The position numbers and the translations under genes were made by a program. A stretch of 64,000 nucleotides of DNA from an uncultured Nitrososphaerota archaeon (GTDB taxonomy: Archaea; Korarchaeota; Korarchaeia; Korarchaeales; Korarchaeaceae), in the NCBI GenBank assembly GCA_964618805.1, contig CAZUBM010000005.1, positions 32,094 to 96,093 on the forward strand. The letters are read 5' to 3'. The first letter of the stretch is position 1; each line of letters starts with the position of its first letter. Below are positions 1 to 10,064 of this stretch, piece after piece. The notes beneath the pieces are model-generated. The model did not search any database. It was given only the letters and a program-made list of their open reading frames with translations, and was not told the origin of the DNA.

Positions 1-278
1 TAAGCTACAGAGATCGGACCCGGACCTAAGGGTACTAGATCGACTAGAATTAAAGTTTTTGCTGTATCAAGGCCTTCCATGGTAAAAAGTAAATCTTCTG
101 GGAAAGAAGGAACTGCTTCTACGGGCGCATCTAAACTTTCCAGGGCTTTTTTTAGGAAGATGGTAGCAATAATTCCATCCGGAGTCATATGATAAACTAG
201 AGCTATGCTGCCTCCCTGACTTGCGATCTTATGCAAAATATCTGTTAAAAAATCAATCCACCGTTCCAAAGGCTCCAT
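1..278 (-). CDS. 5' part of a DHH/RecJ-like protein, degenerate motif I (runs off window)
   Basis: Manual translation from ATG 278: MEPLERWIDFLTDILHKIASQGGSIALVYHMTPDGIIATIFLKKAL...KTLILVDLVPLGPG; resembles DHH motif I (HxDxDG) and motif II (ILVD); open to the window edge. Confidence 0.5.
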   Translation of the reverse strand, partial: MEPLERWIDFLTDILHKIASQGGSIALVYHMTPDGIIATIFLKKALESLDAPVEAVPSFPEDLLFTMEGLDTAKTLILVDLVPLGPGPISVA

Positions 279-439
279 TTTGGATTCCTTTTAAGATAAG
301 TAGCACAATTCTTCGTATTTATGCTCTCTCCTGAATGTTCGTTTTCATCTATTTTAAAATGCTTGTATTATCGGGGGATATGAAATGGTTAAAGAATTAC
401 ATAGGAGATACTTTAAATTGAAATTAGGGATCTAAAAAA

Positions 440-2020
440 GTGTTTTTACTAGTTTGCAAAAGGGTGATCAAACTGATTCAGCTAAAGGTGGTGCTGCTAA
501 AGACCGAAATTGGAGAATCAAGGGTTGTCATGAGTCCAAGCGATGCCCAGAAGTTAGGAGCTGCGTTTGAGAGCAGAGTAAAGATTTCATCTCTCGATGG
601 TAGGGGTTCTATTGCCCTTCTTAGCCTATCTGAATCAGAGGAATTCATAAGGAGAGGAGAGATTGGTATATTTCAAGATGTTGCCAAACTTTTAGGTGTA
701 AAAGATGGATCCATTGTGCAGGTTGAATTAGCAAAACCCACGAAATCTTCTACTATAATAAAGAAAAAGACGTCAGGTGAAAAGCTCTCTAAAGAAGAGA
801 TCTGCTCTCTTGTCAGAGACGTATATGAGGGAGCTATAAGCAAGGTTGAGCTTGCAGCTTTTGTCACTGCTCTCCAATTTCATGGAGCAGACATGGATGA
901 GGTCGAGTTTCTCACTAGAGCAATGGCTGAAGTAGGTACGATGCTTGATTTTGGCGATGCATTGGTTGTAGATAAACACGGGATAGGAGGTGTTCCAGGA
1001 GCCAGTAAAGATGCCCTCTTAATCGTTCCTATTGTGGCTGCAGCTGGACTTATGATACCTAAAACCAGTACTAGGGCAATTCTTAGCCCATCCGGAACGG
1101 TTGACACAATGGAGGTTTTGGCCCCTATAGACCTGAGTTCAGATGAGATTGTAGAAATTACGAGGAGGATCGGAGGCGTTATTACATGGACTAGAAGTGC
1201 AAATCTATCGCCAGTAGATGCAATACTGATTGAGAGAGTGGAGCATCCTTTGTCGATCGATCCTGAGCCCTTGATATATGCTTCGATCATGTCGAAAAAA
1301 TATGCAGCGGGCATCAAAAGGATGGTCTTGGACATCCCAACAGGACCAGAATCCAAGGTAGAAACCATGAAAGATGCTAGGAGGATGGCAAGAAACATGA
1401 TTACCTTAGGAGACAGGCTGGGAGTAAGGGTAGAGGCAGCTATCTCCTATGGAGGGCAGCCAATAGGAGAGTTCATTGGACCTGCGCTTGAAGCAAGAGA
1501 AGCCCTTTCTACACTTATCACAGGAGGAAAGGGCGCGGGAAGTCTTGTTGAGAAGGCAGTTGCACTTGCAGGAATTCTGTTAGAATTGGGCGGAGTCGCT
1601 CCTATCGGGGAAGGCTCTAATTTGGCAAGGGAAATCCTGACAAGCAAAAGGGCATACAAAAAGATGAGGGAAATCATTGAGGCCCAAGGGGGAAATCCTG
1701 ATATAAAGCCAGATGACATAGAAGTAGGATCCTACACTGAAGTAGTAAGAGCGCCCATGAAAGGCTACGTAACCGCTGTTTCTAATAAAGCCATAACTAG
1801 AATTGCAAGAGCTGCTGGAGCACCCAAGGACAAAGGAGCTGGAGTTAGAGTTTTCGGCAAACGAGGAGATAAAGTCGAACCTGGAGACCCGCTTCTTGAG
1901 ATTTACTCTTCCAGTGAAAGTCGATTACAGGCGGCTTTAGAGCTTACAAGAGGACTTGAGCCAGTTAAAGTAGAAGGAATGATCCTGGAGATACATAGAG
2001 AGCATGTAATACGATTCTAG
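440..2020 (+). CDS. AMP phosphorylase (thymidine phosphorylase family)
   Basis: DKHGIGGVPG, PKTSTRAILSPSGTVD, ASIMSKK, ARAAGAPKDKGAG motifs; N-terminal extension typical of archaeal AMPpase; true start may be GTG 464. Confidence 0.92.
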   Translation: MFLLVCKRVIKLIQLKVVLLKTEIGESRVVMSPSDAQKLGAAFESRVKISSLDGRGSIALLSLSESEEFIRRGEIGIFQDVAKLLGVKDGSIVQVELAKPTKSSTIIKKKTSGEKLSKEEICSLVRDVYEGAISKVELAAFVTALQFHGADMDEVEFLTRAMAEVGTMLDFGDALVVDKHGIGGVPGASKDALLIVPIVAAAGLMIPKTSTRAILSPSGTVDTMEVLAPIDLSSDEIVEITRRIGGVITWTRSANLSPVDAILIERVEHPLSIDPEPLIYASIMSKKYAAGIKRMVLDIPTGPESKVETMKDARRMARNMITLGDRLGVRVEAAISYGGQPIGEFIGPALEAREALSTLITGGKGAGSLVEKAVALAGILLELGGVAPIGEGSNLAREILTSKRAYKKMREIIEAQGGNPDIKPDDIEVGSYTEVVRAPMKGYVTAVSNKAITRIARAAGAPKDKGAGVRVFGKRGDKVEPGDPLLEIYSSSESRLQAALELTRGLEPVKVEGMILEIHREHVIRF

Positions 2021-2028
2021 ATTTTATT

Positions 2029-3339
2029 TTAAGGCATTACTCTTTCTGGATCTCTAGGGAACAAAGAAGCCTCTCTAATATTCTCTAGGTTTAAAATCTG
2101 CATTGTAAGCCTCTCAATTCCTATAGCAAATCCTCCATGAGGAGGAGCCCCATATTTAAAGAACTTAGTGTACCATTCAAGTTGTTTTTCATCAACTCCT
2201 TTTTCTCTAACCTGTTTTAAAAGAACATCATACCTGTGCTCTCTTTGCCCTCCAGAGCTTAGTTCTAAGCCCTTACATATCAAGTCGACGCTTCTAGCCC
2301 AAGGTTCTTCTGCTCTCATAACATAAAATGGCTTTTCTGCCATTGGAAACCTGTTCACGAAAAAGAAGTCGGCATCATACTCTTCTTTAACATATTTCCA
2401 CAATAGTCTCTCCGATTCTGTATCATAAGAGGATCCAAAGGGTATTTTCTTCCCAAATCCTTCTAGAATTTCATATATCTCAGGGAATCTTAGCTCAGGA
2501 AAAGGTCTTGTGGGCTCCTCTAGCTCAACATTTAAGATTCTCAACTCTTTCTGTCTTTCCTCAATAACTCTAGATATACCAGCTGCTACAACCTCCTCCT
2601 CAACTTTCATAACATCTCGCTCGTCATTTATGAATGCCATCTCTACAGCCAACGATCTGAACTCAGTTATGTGCCTTGTAGTATGACTGGGTTCGGCTCT
2701 CCAATTTGTACCAAGATCATAGATCTTTTCAAGACCTCCAATAATAGCGAGCTGTCTATGTAGCTGAGGGTCTTGCCTTAAAAATGCTGTATTGTCGAAA
2801 TACTTTACTTCGAAGACTTCTGCACCGCTTTCGCTATATGAACCTATGAGGGCAGGGGTAAATACCCTTAAGAAACCGTGTTCATCAAGCCAGTCAGTAA
2901 AGCCCCTTATTAGACTGGCTTCGATCCTGAATATTGCTTGAACCTCTGGACGTCTAAGATCCAGTGGCCTATTATCCAACCTAGTAGGAAGCAGCGCTTT
3001 TACCTTCCAGTTAGGATCTAAAGGTAGTTTCTTCTCTGATTTTGAATGAATAATTATCTTTTCTGGTATTATTTCGATGTCTGCAGCTTTAGCTATTTTT
3101 TCCTTAACCTCCTCTCCAAAGACCTCTATAACACTTTCTTGAGGAAGATTTTCTGTTAGATCAAAAAGCTCGTCCTTCACCTTTCCTCTTTTTAATGTTA
3201 GTTGAATCTTACCCTTCCAGCTCCTTAACACAATGAATCGGAGATCTTTTCCCAGCTCTCTTACTTCGCTTACCCAGCCTCCTACCCTTATAGTACCTTT
3301 CGAACCCATATTAAGATCCTCCTTCCATCTAGGCTCCAT
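2029..3339 (-). CDS. aspS: Aspartyl-tRNA synthetase, archaeal type
   Basis: N-terminal OB fold GWVSEVRELG, RLDNRPLDLR, ELSSGGQREHRYD, GAPPHGGFAIGIERL, FPRDPER. Confidence 0.92.
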   Translation of the reverse strand: MEPRWKEDLNMGSKGTIRVGGWVSEVRELGKDLRFIVLRSWKGKIQLTLKRGKVKDELFDLTENLPQESVIEVFGEEVKEKIAKAADIEIIPEKIIIHSKSEKKLPLDPNWKVKALLPTRLDNRPLDLRRPEVQAIFRIEASLIRGFTDWLDEHGFLRVFTPALIGSYSESGAEVFEVKYFDNTAFLRQDPQLHRQLAIIGGLEKIYDLGTNWRAEPSHTTRHITEFRSLAVEMAFINDERDVMKVEEEVVAAGISRVIEERQKELRILNVELEEPTRPFPELRFPEIYEILEGFGKKIPFGSSYDTESERLLWKYVKEEYDADFFFVNRFPMAEKPFYVMRAEEPWARSVDLICKGLELSSGGQREHRYDVLLKQVREKGVDEKQLEWYTKFFKYGAPPHGGFAIGIERLTMQILNLENIREASLFPRDPERVMP

Positions 3340-6257
3340 TCTTTGAAGAAACAGCCTTCAGGAACCTCATCTCTATTTTCTATAAGTTTTATCTGTTTTG
3401 CGTCTACATCGCTGATTATAGAACCTATATGGGATTTAATCAAATTTCTCGTTTCACTGTCTGTTAGAATCCAGCAATCTATTTTCTCTATCCCTCTCCT
3501 CAATCCCAATTCCTTTCTCATTTCCTGAATTCTACGCCTTATGTCCGCAACCAGACCAGCAGCCATTTCTTCGGGGGTTATCTCTATATCCAAGTAAAGA
3601 GTTCCTCTATCAAATTCGACTATTGAGAATTTGCCCTCCGGTTTCTGATCATGAGGTATCGCCTTTACCTCTGAAACATTTCCTTCCACCTTGAATAAGA
3701 GAGAGAACTTAGCAAGCGCTCGCTCTAATTTTGGATCGTCCGTCATCACAAGAGCCTTTCTCAGTGGTTGTCTCTTTTTTATTTTTGCAGAGGCTCTGGC
3801 AATATTTATGGCTTCAAGCAACGCCTTTGCTGCTTGCATTTCTTCTTCGATAGCGTCATCTATCAGATCATGTCTTGGTTGAGGCCAATCAATCATATGA
3901 ATGCTTTTTGGATCTGAATTCTGCCTAAAAGAATCTTGATAGATTTTTTCGGTTAAAAATGGAAGGAAAGGTGCCAACACCACTAATGTTCTTTTTAGGA
4001 CCATGTATAGAAGAGAACTAACTATTTCTCTTTTTTCTCCTGTAGACTTCAGTTTTTCTCTAGCTAGTCGTATGTACAACCTACTTAGATCGTTTATAAC
4101 AAAATCTAGCAGCTGGTTAAAGGCCTCGTGGACATACAGCTCATCCATTTTGTTCTTTACTTCCATTATCGTCCTCTCAGCTCTTGATAAAAGCCATCTA
4201 TCCTCTGGATCTAGCATATTTAGATTCCTTAAGACTAACGATTCATCTAGGTCATATTGAGAGCAATATAACCCTAGAAATGCGTATACATTCCAAATTA
4301 TGTTTAATTTCCTAAATGAATTTTCTAACTCCCTCCAAGAGAATCTTATGTCCGACCAAGGCGTCTTTGAGACAACAAATGCTCTAAATGCGTCTCTTCC
4401 AAATCTTGAGATTATTTGCATTACTGGCACAAAGTTTCCCAGAGATTTGTGCATCTCCCGACCTTGTTCGTCAAGCATCATCCCATGAACCATAACAGTT
4501 TCATAAGGAACAGAATCAAAGAGAAGCACGCCTAACCTTAGAAGAGAATAGAACCACCCATTTGGAACTTGATCCAGCCCTTCTACTACAAAGTTCACTG
4601 GCATCCATTTATTTAACATTTCCTTTTGTTTTGGAAAGTTTAAACTCGCGTAGAAGGCGGCTCCTGAATCGTACCAGACATCTAATATGTCTGGTACTCT
4701 TATCATTTCTCCACCGCATTCACATTTCCAAGTTAAAGTGTCTACTATGTGCTTGTGAAGATCTTCTACTCTTCTACCTGTTTTTTCTTCTAGCTCTTTC
4801 CTAGATCCTATAACTTCAATTTTGCCGCAGGAATTGCAGCGCCAGATTGGTATTGGAGTTCCCCAGAAACGCTGTCTTGATATGATCCAATCCCTAGCTT
4901 CCATAAGCCAGTTCTTAAATCTCCTCTCTCCTGCCCATGCTGGAAGCCATTTTGCTTTCATACATTCATCTATTAGCTTTGATCTTATGTCCTCTAGCTT
5001 AATGAACCACTGATCGGTAGCTCTCATGATCAGAGGGGTTTTGCATCTCCAGCATATGGGATATTTGTGCACAATTTTTCCAGACCAGAGAAGACTTCCC
5101 TTCTCTCTTAGATCAGAAATTATGATTTCATTGGCTTTTCTAACCTCTAGCCCCTTATACTTGCCAGCTTCATCTGTGAAAATCCCTTGATCATTCACTG
5201 GAGACAGAATAGGCATTCCGTAACCAAGATAGCAGACCTCAAAGTCTTCTTCACCATGACCAGGAGCAGCGTGAACGCACCCAGTTCCCTCTTCAAGTGT
5301 GACATATTTCGTTGAGAGAACTACCTTGTGCTCTATCTCTTTTTGAACAGGAATCAGTTCGGCCAAGGGATGTTCGTATCTTAATCCTTCAAGTTTAGAT
5401 CCAGGAAATGTCTCAACTACCTCATAATCCTCTATTCCTGTCTCTTCTAAAACTTTATTGACTAAATCTGCAGCTAGTATCAGAAACTCCTTTCCTACTC
5501 TAACTTTAGCGTATTGAAATTGCGGATTGACCATAATGGCAACGTTTCCCGGTAAAGTCCAAGGAGTAGTGGTCCAAATCAAAATGCTTTGATTTTCTTC
5601 GCCCAAAACTTTGAACTTAACGTATATCGAAGGATCCGCTAACTCCTTGTATTCGTTGAGTTCATAGTCTGCTAAAACAGTTTCACATCTTGGGCACCAA
5701 TGAACCACTTTCAGGCCTAACCCGATTCTTCCCTTATTCCAAATTTCTTTTATCGACCACCATATACTTTCCATGTAATCATTTTCAAACGTTAAGTAAG
5801 GATTATCCCAATCCATCGAGACTCCTAACTGTTTGAACGTTTCGGCCATGGCTTTTAGGTTATGTATTGCTAATTCCTTGCATTTTGCAATAAAATGTGA
5901 TATGCCATACTCTTTGATCTCATTTTTCCTACCTATGCCTAGGGTCTTCTCTGTTAGGACTTCAATTGGCAAACCGTGGGTATCCCATCCAGGTCTGTCA
6001 TTTACATTCATCCCAAGAGATCTAAAATATCTAATTATTACATCCTTGAGAATTTTGTTCCAAGCAGTCCCAGGATGTGGCTCCTCGCTCGATGGGTAAG
6101 GAGGACCATCTAAAAAGTAGAATTTTTGCCCATTCTTTCTCATTTCCCTTATTTCCTCATAAATCTTCTCTTTGACCCAAAACTTCAATATTTCCTCTTC
6201 AAACGTGGTCGGATCATATTGCCTGTTAGAGAGAAGCCGCACCCGCACTCTAGCCAT
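3288..6257 (-). CDS. ileS: Isoleucyl-tRNA synthetase
   Basis: DGPPYP, GWDTHGLPIE, WTTTPWTLPGN, GTGCVHAAPGHGEEDF, ISRQRFWGTPIP, EMHKS (KMSKS variant). Confidence 0.97.
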   Translation of the reverse strand: MARVRVRLLSNRQYDPTTFEEEILKFWVKEKIYEEIREMRKNGQKFYFLDGPPYPSSEEPHPGTAWNKILKDVIIRYFRSLGMNVNDRPGWDTHGLPIEVLTEKTLGIGRKNEIKEYGISHFIAKCKELAIHNLKAMAETFKQLGVSMDWDNPYLTFENDYMESIWWSIKEIWNKGRIGLGLKVVHWCPRCETVLADYELNEYKELADPSIYVKFKVLGEENQSILIWTTTPWTLPGNVAIMVNPQFQYAKVRVGKEFLILAADLVNKVLEETGIEDYEVVETFPGSKLEGLRYEHPLAELIPVQKEIEHKVVLSTKYVTLEEGTGCVHAAPGHGEEDFEVCYLGYGMPILSPVNDQGIFTDEAGKYKGLEVRKANEIIISDLREKGSLLWSGKIVHKYPICWRCKTPLIMRATDQWFIKLEDIRSKLIDECMKAKWLPAWAGERRFKNWLMEARDWIISRQRFWGTPIPIWRCNSCGKIEVIGSRKELEEKTGRRVEDLHKHIVDTLTWKCECGGEMIRVPDILDVWYDSGAAFYASLNFPKQKEMLNKWMPVNFVVEGLDQVPNGWFYSLLRLGVLLFDSVPYETVMVHGMMLDEQGREMHKSLGNFVPVMQIISRFGRDAFRAFVVSKTPWSDIRFSWRELENSFRKLNIIWNVYAFLGLYCSQYDLDESLVLRNLNMLDPEDRWLLSRAERTIMEVKNKMDELYVHEAFNQLLDFVINDLSRLYIRLAREKLKSTGEKREIVSSLLYMVLKRTLVVLAPFLPFLTEKIYQDSFRQNSDPKSIHMIDWPQPRHDLIDDAIEEEMQAAKALLEAINIARASAKIKKRQPLRKALVMTDDPKLERALAKFSLLFKVEGNVSEVKAIPHDQKPEGKFSIVEFDRGTLYLDIEITPEEMAAGLVADIRRRIQEMRKELGLRRGIEKIDCWILTDSETRNLIKSHIGSIISDVDAKQIKLIENRDEVPEGCFFKEWSLDGRRILIWVRKVL

Positions 6258-6336
6258 TTATTTCACCAACTCAGCAAAGCACAATTTGAGATCATATTTA
6301 AGATCCACGGTTAAAGCATTTTGCCCCGAATTAAAC

Positions 6337-6344
6337 TTTTAAAT
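6337..6344 (+). promoter_or_regulatory. TATA box of 5S rRNA promoter
   Basis: TTTTAAAT about 24-31 nt upstream of the 5S 5' end, preceded by A-rich BRE-like bases. Confidence 0.55.
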
Positions 6345-6367
6345 AGACTAGCCCTTACACGTTTGTT

Positions 6368-6497
6368 GGGGGTTGGGCGGCCATAGCGGCCTGGGACACA
6401 CCCGGACCCATTCCGAACCCGGAAGTTAAGCCAGGCCGCGTTCCGTGGAGTACTGAGCTCCGCAAGGGCTCGGGAAACACGGAAGCTGCTAACCCCC
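6368..6497 (+). rRNA. rrf: 5S rRNA (unlinked from 16S/23S)
   Basis: GGCGGCCATAGCGG...ACCCGGACCCATTCCGAACCCGGAAGTTAAG...GTACTGAG conserved 5S motifs; terminal stem GGGGGTT/AACCCCC; ends approximate. Confidence 0.95.
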
Positions 6498-6550
6498 TCT
6501 CTTATTGGAAATTCTTTTAACATTTGGAAGTACAAAATCGTTGATGAGAC

Positions 6551-7789
6551 GTGGTTGCCCTTATTTCTCATGTTGCTAAATATGCTCTAGAGAATCCTAG
6601 CTCGATTAGGGAAATTATGAATATAGTTGCTGATTTTAGGAAACATCCAGAGAGATATCCAAGGCGTCTGATTTATTTTGGAGGAGGTTGGCCTCAGGAT
6701 CCCCCTCCTGAACCGCTTAGAAAGGCGTTTATTGAAGTTATAAAGGATGAGAAGAGCTTTTTGTTTTCAGCAAGGTATCCACCAACTAGAGGGGATCCTG
6801 ATTATTTAGAAGCTTTAGTTTTATATGAAAAAGAGATATTCGGTAGGGAAATCGAAGAGTCTGAACTTCTGAGCGGACTTGGTTCTACAGACTTGGCTGC
6901 AGCTCTTTTCTTTTCGATATTAGATCCTGGAGACGAGATCATTCTAACGAATCCTTGTTATCTTAATTACACAAGACAAATAGAGATCATAGGTAGGCTT
7001 GGAATTAACATAAAGAGATGGCAAACGATAAAGGATGGAAAATTTAGTCCAGACCTAGATGAACTTCAGGAGTTAATTACAAATAAGACAAAGCTCATTT
7101 TGTTAGTAACTCCTGGAAATCCTGACGGACAAGTTTTTGATGAAAGGGTATTTGAAGGGATAGTGGATATAGCCTCAGAAAAGAATGTGCTTGTGGCAAT
7201 CGATGTAGCTTATAGAGCATTTCATTATAGAGATGGAATTCCCTCTTATCTCTCCAGACCTCGTAAGGATCATGAGATCTGGATCGCAACCCTATCAAAA
7301 GAGCTTAGAGTCCCAGGGTGGAGAATGGGTTATCTGATAGCAGATCCGTCGCTTATAAGAGCCATTGAAACCGTGCAACAAGCTTTGACCCTGTGTCCAG
7401 CACATCCTCAGCAGTTAGCCTTTGTAAAAATGTTAGATCAGGAGAACATCATGAAGGAATTACGAGACTTTTTGTTAGAGAAAACTCCAAGAAAATATCA
7501 TAAAGTAGCCTCACTAGTATGCAATGAATTGAATAGAATTCCAAACCTTCAGTATCTTCGCCCAGCGGGAGGTTTCTACGTTTTCTTTGACATAGGAAAA
7601 GTTATGAAAAGTTCAAAGAGATTTGTGTCTCAACTGTTAAATGAATGGCAAGTAGCTTTGGCACCTGGGATCGATTTTGGTATGGAAGGATGGGTGAGAC
7701 TTTCATTTGCTCCAGTTGTTGAGGACGAGAACCTCCTTAAAGAGGGTATGGAGAGAATTAAGAGATTTATACTTTCTAAGGTCTCCTAA
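6551..7789 (+). CDS. PLP-dependent aminotransferase class I/II
   Basis: PGNPDG, DVAY, TLSKELRVPGWRMG (PLP lysine), GWVRLSFA. Confidence 0.9.
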   Translation: MVALISHVAKYALENPSSIREIMNIVADFRKHPERYPRRLIYFGGGWPQDPPPEPLRKAFIEVIKDEKSFLFSARYPPTRGDPDYLEALVLYEKEIFGREIEESELLSGLGSTDLAAALFFSILDPGDEIILTNPCYLNYTRQIEIIGRLGINIKRWQTIKDGKFSPDLDELQELITNKTKLILLVTPGNPDGQVFDERVFEGIVDIASEKNVLVAIDVAYRAFHYRDGIPSYLSRPRKDHEIWIATLSKELRVPGWRMGYLIADPSLIRAIETVQQALTLCPAHPQQLAFVKMLDQENIMKELRDFLLEKTPRKYHKVASLVCNELNRIPNLQYLRPAGGFYVFFDIGKVMKSSKRFVSQLLNEWQVALAPGIDFGMEGWVRLSFAPVVEDENLLKEGMERIKRFILSKVS

Positions 7790-7930
7790 ATCATAATTTT
7801 AAATAGGATAGCTTTCTTTACGTCTATGGAAAAATTAAAACAGTTAATTGAAATCAAAATGAAAGCAATTAAACGATGATATAGGCCTTTCATTCTAATT
7901 ATTTATGAATATGTTTTGAAGAAAGCCTGA

Positions 7931-8263
7931 TTAAACGATTTGTTTCTTTAGAAACTTCAGAGGAATGCCTTTCTGGGCTTTTGGCAAGCGAGTTTGCTTT
8001 CTGTCCTCTTCTGCTCTTGGTCGCACAATACCTCTATGTATCGCACAGCTTATGCAGTAGTACCTAGTTACAGGTTTTTTGGATACGTACGTCCCCTGCT
8101 TCTCTAGTTCTGAAGAAATCTGACCTCTGATAGGCGATACCCATCTAGTCTCCTTTATTGCTTTATCAGCCGGTATAGACGCTCCACAGAGTGAACACTG
8201 GACCATACCTTCATGTCCAGCTCCGCTAAGCCTTCGACCCCTATTTCTTCTTTTCTTTGGCAT
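7931..8263 (-). CDS. rps26e: 30S ribosomal protein eS26
   Basis: MPKKRRNRGR, CSLCGASIPADKAIK, YCISCAIHRGIVRPR. Confidence 0.95.
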   Translation of the reverse strand: MPKKRRNRGRRLSGAGHEGMVQCSLCGASIPADKAIKETRWVSPIRGQISSELEKQGTYVSKKPVTRYYCISCAIHRGIVRPRAEEDRKQTRLPKAQKGIPLKFLKKQIV

Positions 8264-8514
8264 TTCAATAACTCAATGAGGAAAGGATCTATAAAAAGAT
8301 GCTACTAAAAGGAGAGGTGGGTGCTATAGGTCTAAAAATAGTGTGGGTAAATCTGTTTTTAAATTAAATTATTTTGAAATATTTAGAAAGAAATTCCGTC
8401 TCAGAACTGATGTTCACATGAGGTCAATAACTTCTATTAGGTTCATATTTGGGAGAAAAGGTATCTTTTTTTGAAATAGAATCATTAATTGTCGCCATTG
8501 CCCTTAAAAAAGGT

Positions 8515-9267
8515 CTAATATCTTTTCAGCGATTCACTTCCTTTATCTCCTTCAATCTTTCGTGCCAAGAATAAATTTTGATAAGAGTTTAGTATGTTGA
8601 ACCTGGCCCCCGGAAATTCAAACTCCAGCTCCTTTATGCTTTGAAGCAACCTATCCTGCGGTTTCCAGTCTTTTCCTATCAGAAGCATTATCTCTTCTGT
8701 TGGTATACGGAAGAAAGGTGTTACTATTGGTGGTTCTGTAGCATGATCTCCAAGCAAAATCTTGCCATTTATCACCCATGCTGGAGGGTATTTTCTCAAC
8801 CCTCCCAATAAAAAAAGACCTACTGCATCATCTAGGAAAAGTGGGATTACGATCTTAGTGAAACCTTTGCTTCTTGATCTTTGAATTGCATATTTAGAGG
8901 CCTCTATAATTAAGTCCCATCGAGATGAAATGCTCAGAGCATTGTTTTCTTCTAGTTGAAGTCTAAATTCTCTAACTGTATCAATTGAACTTTCACTACA
9001 AGTTAAGCAAGAAATTATCACTCCAGGAAAGTCTTTTTCCATTTCTAAGAAAAGCTCTAAGGCCGGTTCTTCTGTCTCAAAACCTAGCAGGACTAATAAG
9101 ATCTTATCATCTTCTTTAAGAAGAGAATACCTTCCAACAGTCTGTCTGAGCCTTTTCTCAAGCGATCTTCTAAGACATTGAAGACAGAGGTGTTCTCCAG
9201 AGTATTTTCTGAAGATAATAGCCTCTTTCTCCTTGCACATAGTACACAGCATATGTTCCTCTGACAA
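8515..9267 (-). CDS. TtuA/Ncs6-fold protein with degenerate PP-loop
   Basis: N-terminal CTMC...LCLQC Zn finger then 'RYSLLKEDDKILLVL' as in TtuA/NcsA; SGGKDS replaced by LGFETE, GHNLDD by PLFLDD; ELEFEFPGARFNIL C-terminus. Confidence 0.65.
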   Translation of the reverse strand: MSEEHMLCTMCKEKEAIIFRKYSGEHLCLQCLRRSLEKRLRQTVGRYSLLKEDDKILLVLLGFETEEPALELFLEMEKDFPGVIISCLTCSESSIDTVREFRLQLEENNALSISSRWDLIIEASKYAIQRSRSKGFTKIVIPLFLDDAVGLFLLGGLRKYPPAWVINGKILLGDHATEPPIVTPFFRIPTEEIMLLIGKDWKPQDRLLQSIKELEFEFPGARFNILNSYQNLFLARKIEGDKGSESLKRY

Positions 9268-9314
9268 TTACATGTAGTAAGAAAATTAAATTGGATGAAG
9301 CGTCGTGAACATAA

Positions 9315-10016
9315 ATGCCCTCCTTGATAACGCCAGAGAGAGTAGTAATATATGACAAAAAGCATTGGTCATTGCTAAGAAGACTTAGAAAGAGGGCAGC
9401 TATTATATTAGAGCTTTTACTTCAAGTTGGCATCAAAGGAATATTGTATGGAAGCATTGCTCGTGGAGATGTGAGAAAAGGAAGCGACATCGACATAGTT
9501 GTGTTAAGACCTACTCTCCCCTCTCTTATAGAGGATTTTCTAGGCGAAAAGCTAGGAGATCCTCTTTACAAAGAGATAGTTCAGTCAACGCCGATAGGCG
9601 CGATTAAAGGTTACTTTCATTACGAAGAAAATCTCACAATATCTTTTCCTTTATCTCCTCTAAAAGAAAGAGAAGAACTTTTCTACAAATTTGGAGGGAG
9701 TATAGATCTTGATGGGCTGAAGACAGATGAAAGGGTGCCTGGAGTTAATAAAAGGCTTGTTTTGATATTTCCTTTCAAGAAAGGTCATTATGAAGTCTCT
9801 GTTATAGGAAAGGAAAGCGTTATCGCAGATATACTTGGTATCCCCAAAGAAGTGATTGATGAGAGAGTTAGAGTTCTTACTAAACGGAGAGAGAAAGGAA
9901 AAACAGGTGTATACCTGAAGTACCGGTTACAACCAGGAGAAACATTCGAGTCGGCTCTAAGGAAGATTATGTTAAAGAGAAAGGGTATAAGAGGACGACT
10001 TGCAGATCTCATATGA
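9315..10016 (+). CDS. Predicted nucleotidyltransferase (pol-beta superfamily, COG2413-like)
   Basis: YGSIARGDVRKGSDIDIV, FYKFGG, RVPGVNKRL, GKTGVY. Confidence 0.85.
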   Translation: MPSLITPERVVIYDKKHWSLLRRLRKRAAIILELLLQVGIKGILYGSIARGDVRKGSDIDIVVLRPTLPSLIEDFLGEKLGDPLYKEIVQSTPIGAIKGYFHYEENLTISFPLSPLKEREELFYKFGGSIDLDGLKTDERVPGVNKRLVLIFPFKKGHYEVSVIGKESVIADILGIPKEVIDERVRVLTKRREKGKTGVYLKYRLQPGETFESALRKIMLKRKGIRGRLADLI

Positions 10017-10064
10017 GGACCAAGTAAATACCTCTATCTCACAACTCAAAAATACGGAGAGTCT

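Noticed and set aside
3288-6257. IleRS HPGT and EMHKS as signs of inactivation
   Set aside because: Similar HIGH/KMSKS variants occur in TACK IleRS; the rest of the enzyme is intact
6311-6571. 86-aa minus-strand ORF
   Set aside because: It is the antisense of the 5S rRNA gene
8395-8458. Possible C/D sRNA on the minus strand (AUAUGA..UUGA..AUGUGA..CUGA)
   Set aside because: Boxes are degenerate, second guide is short, no convincing terminal stem or target
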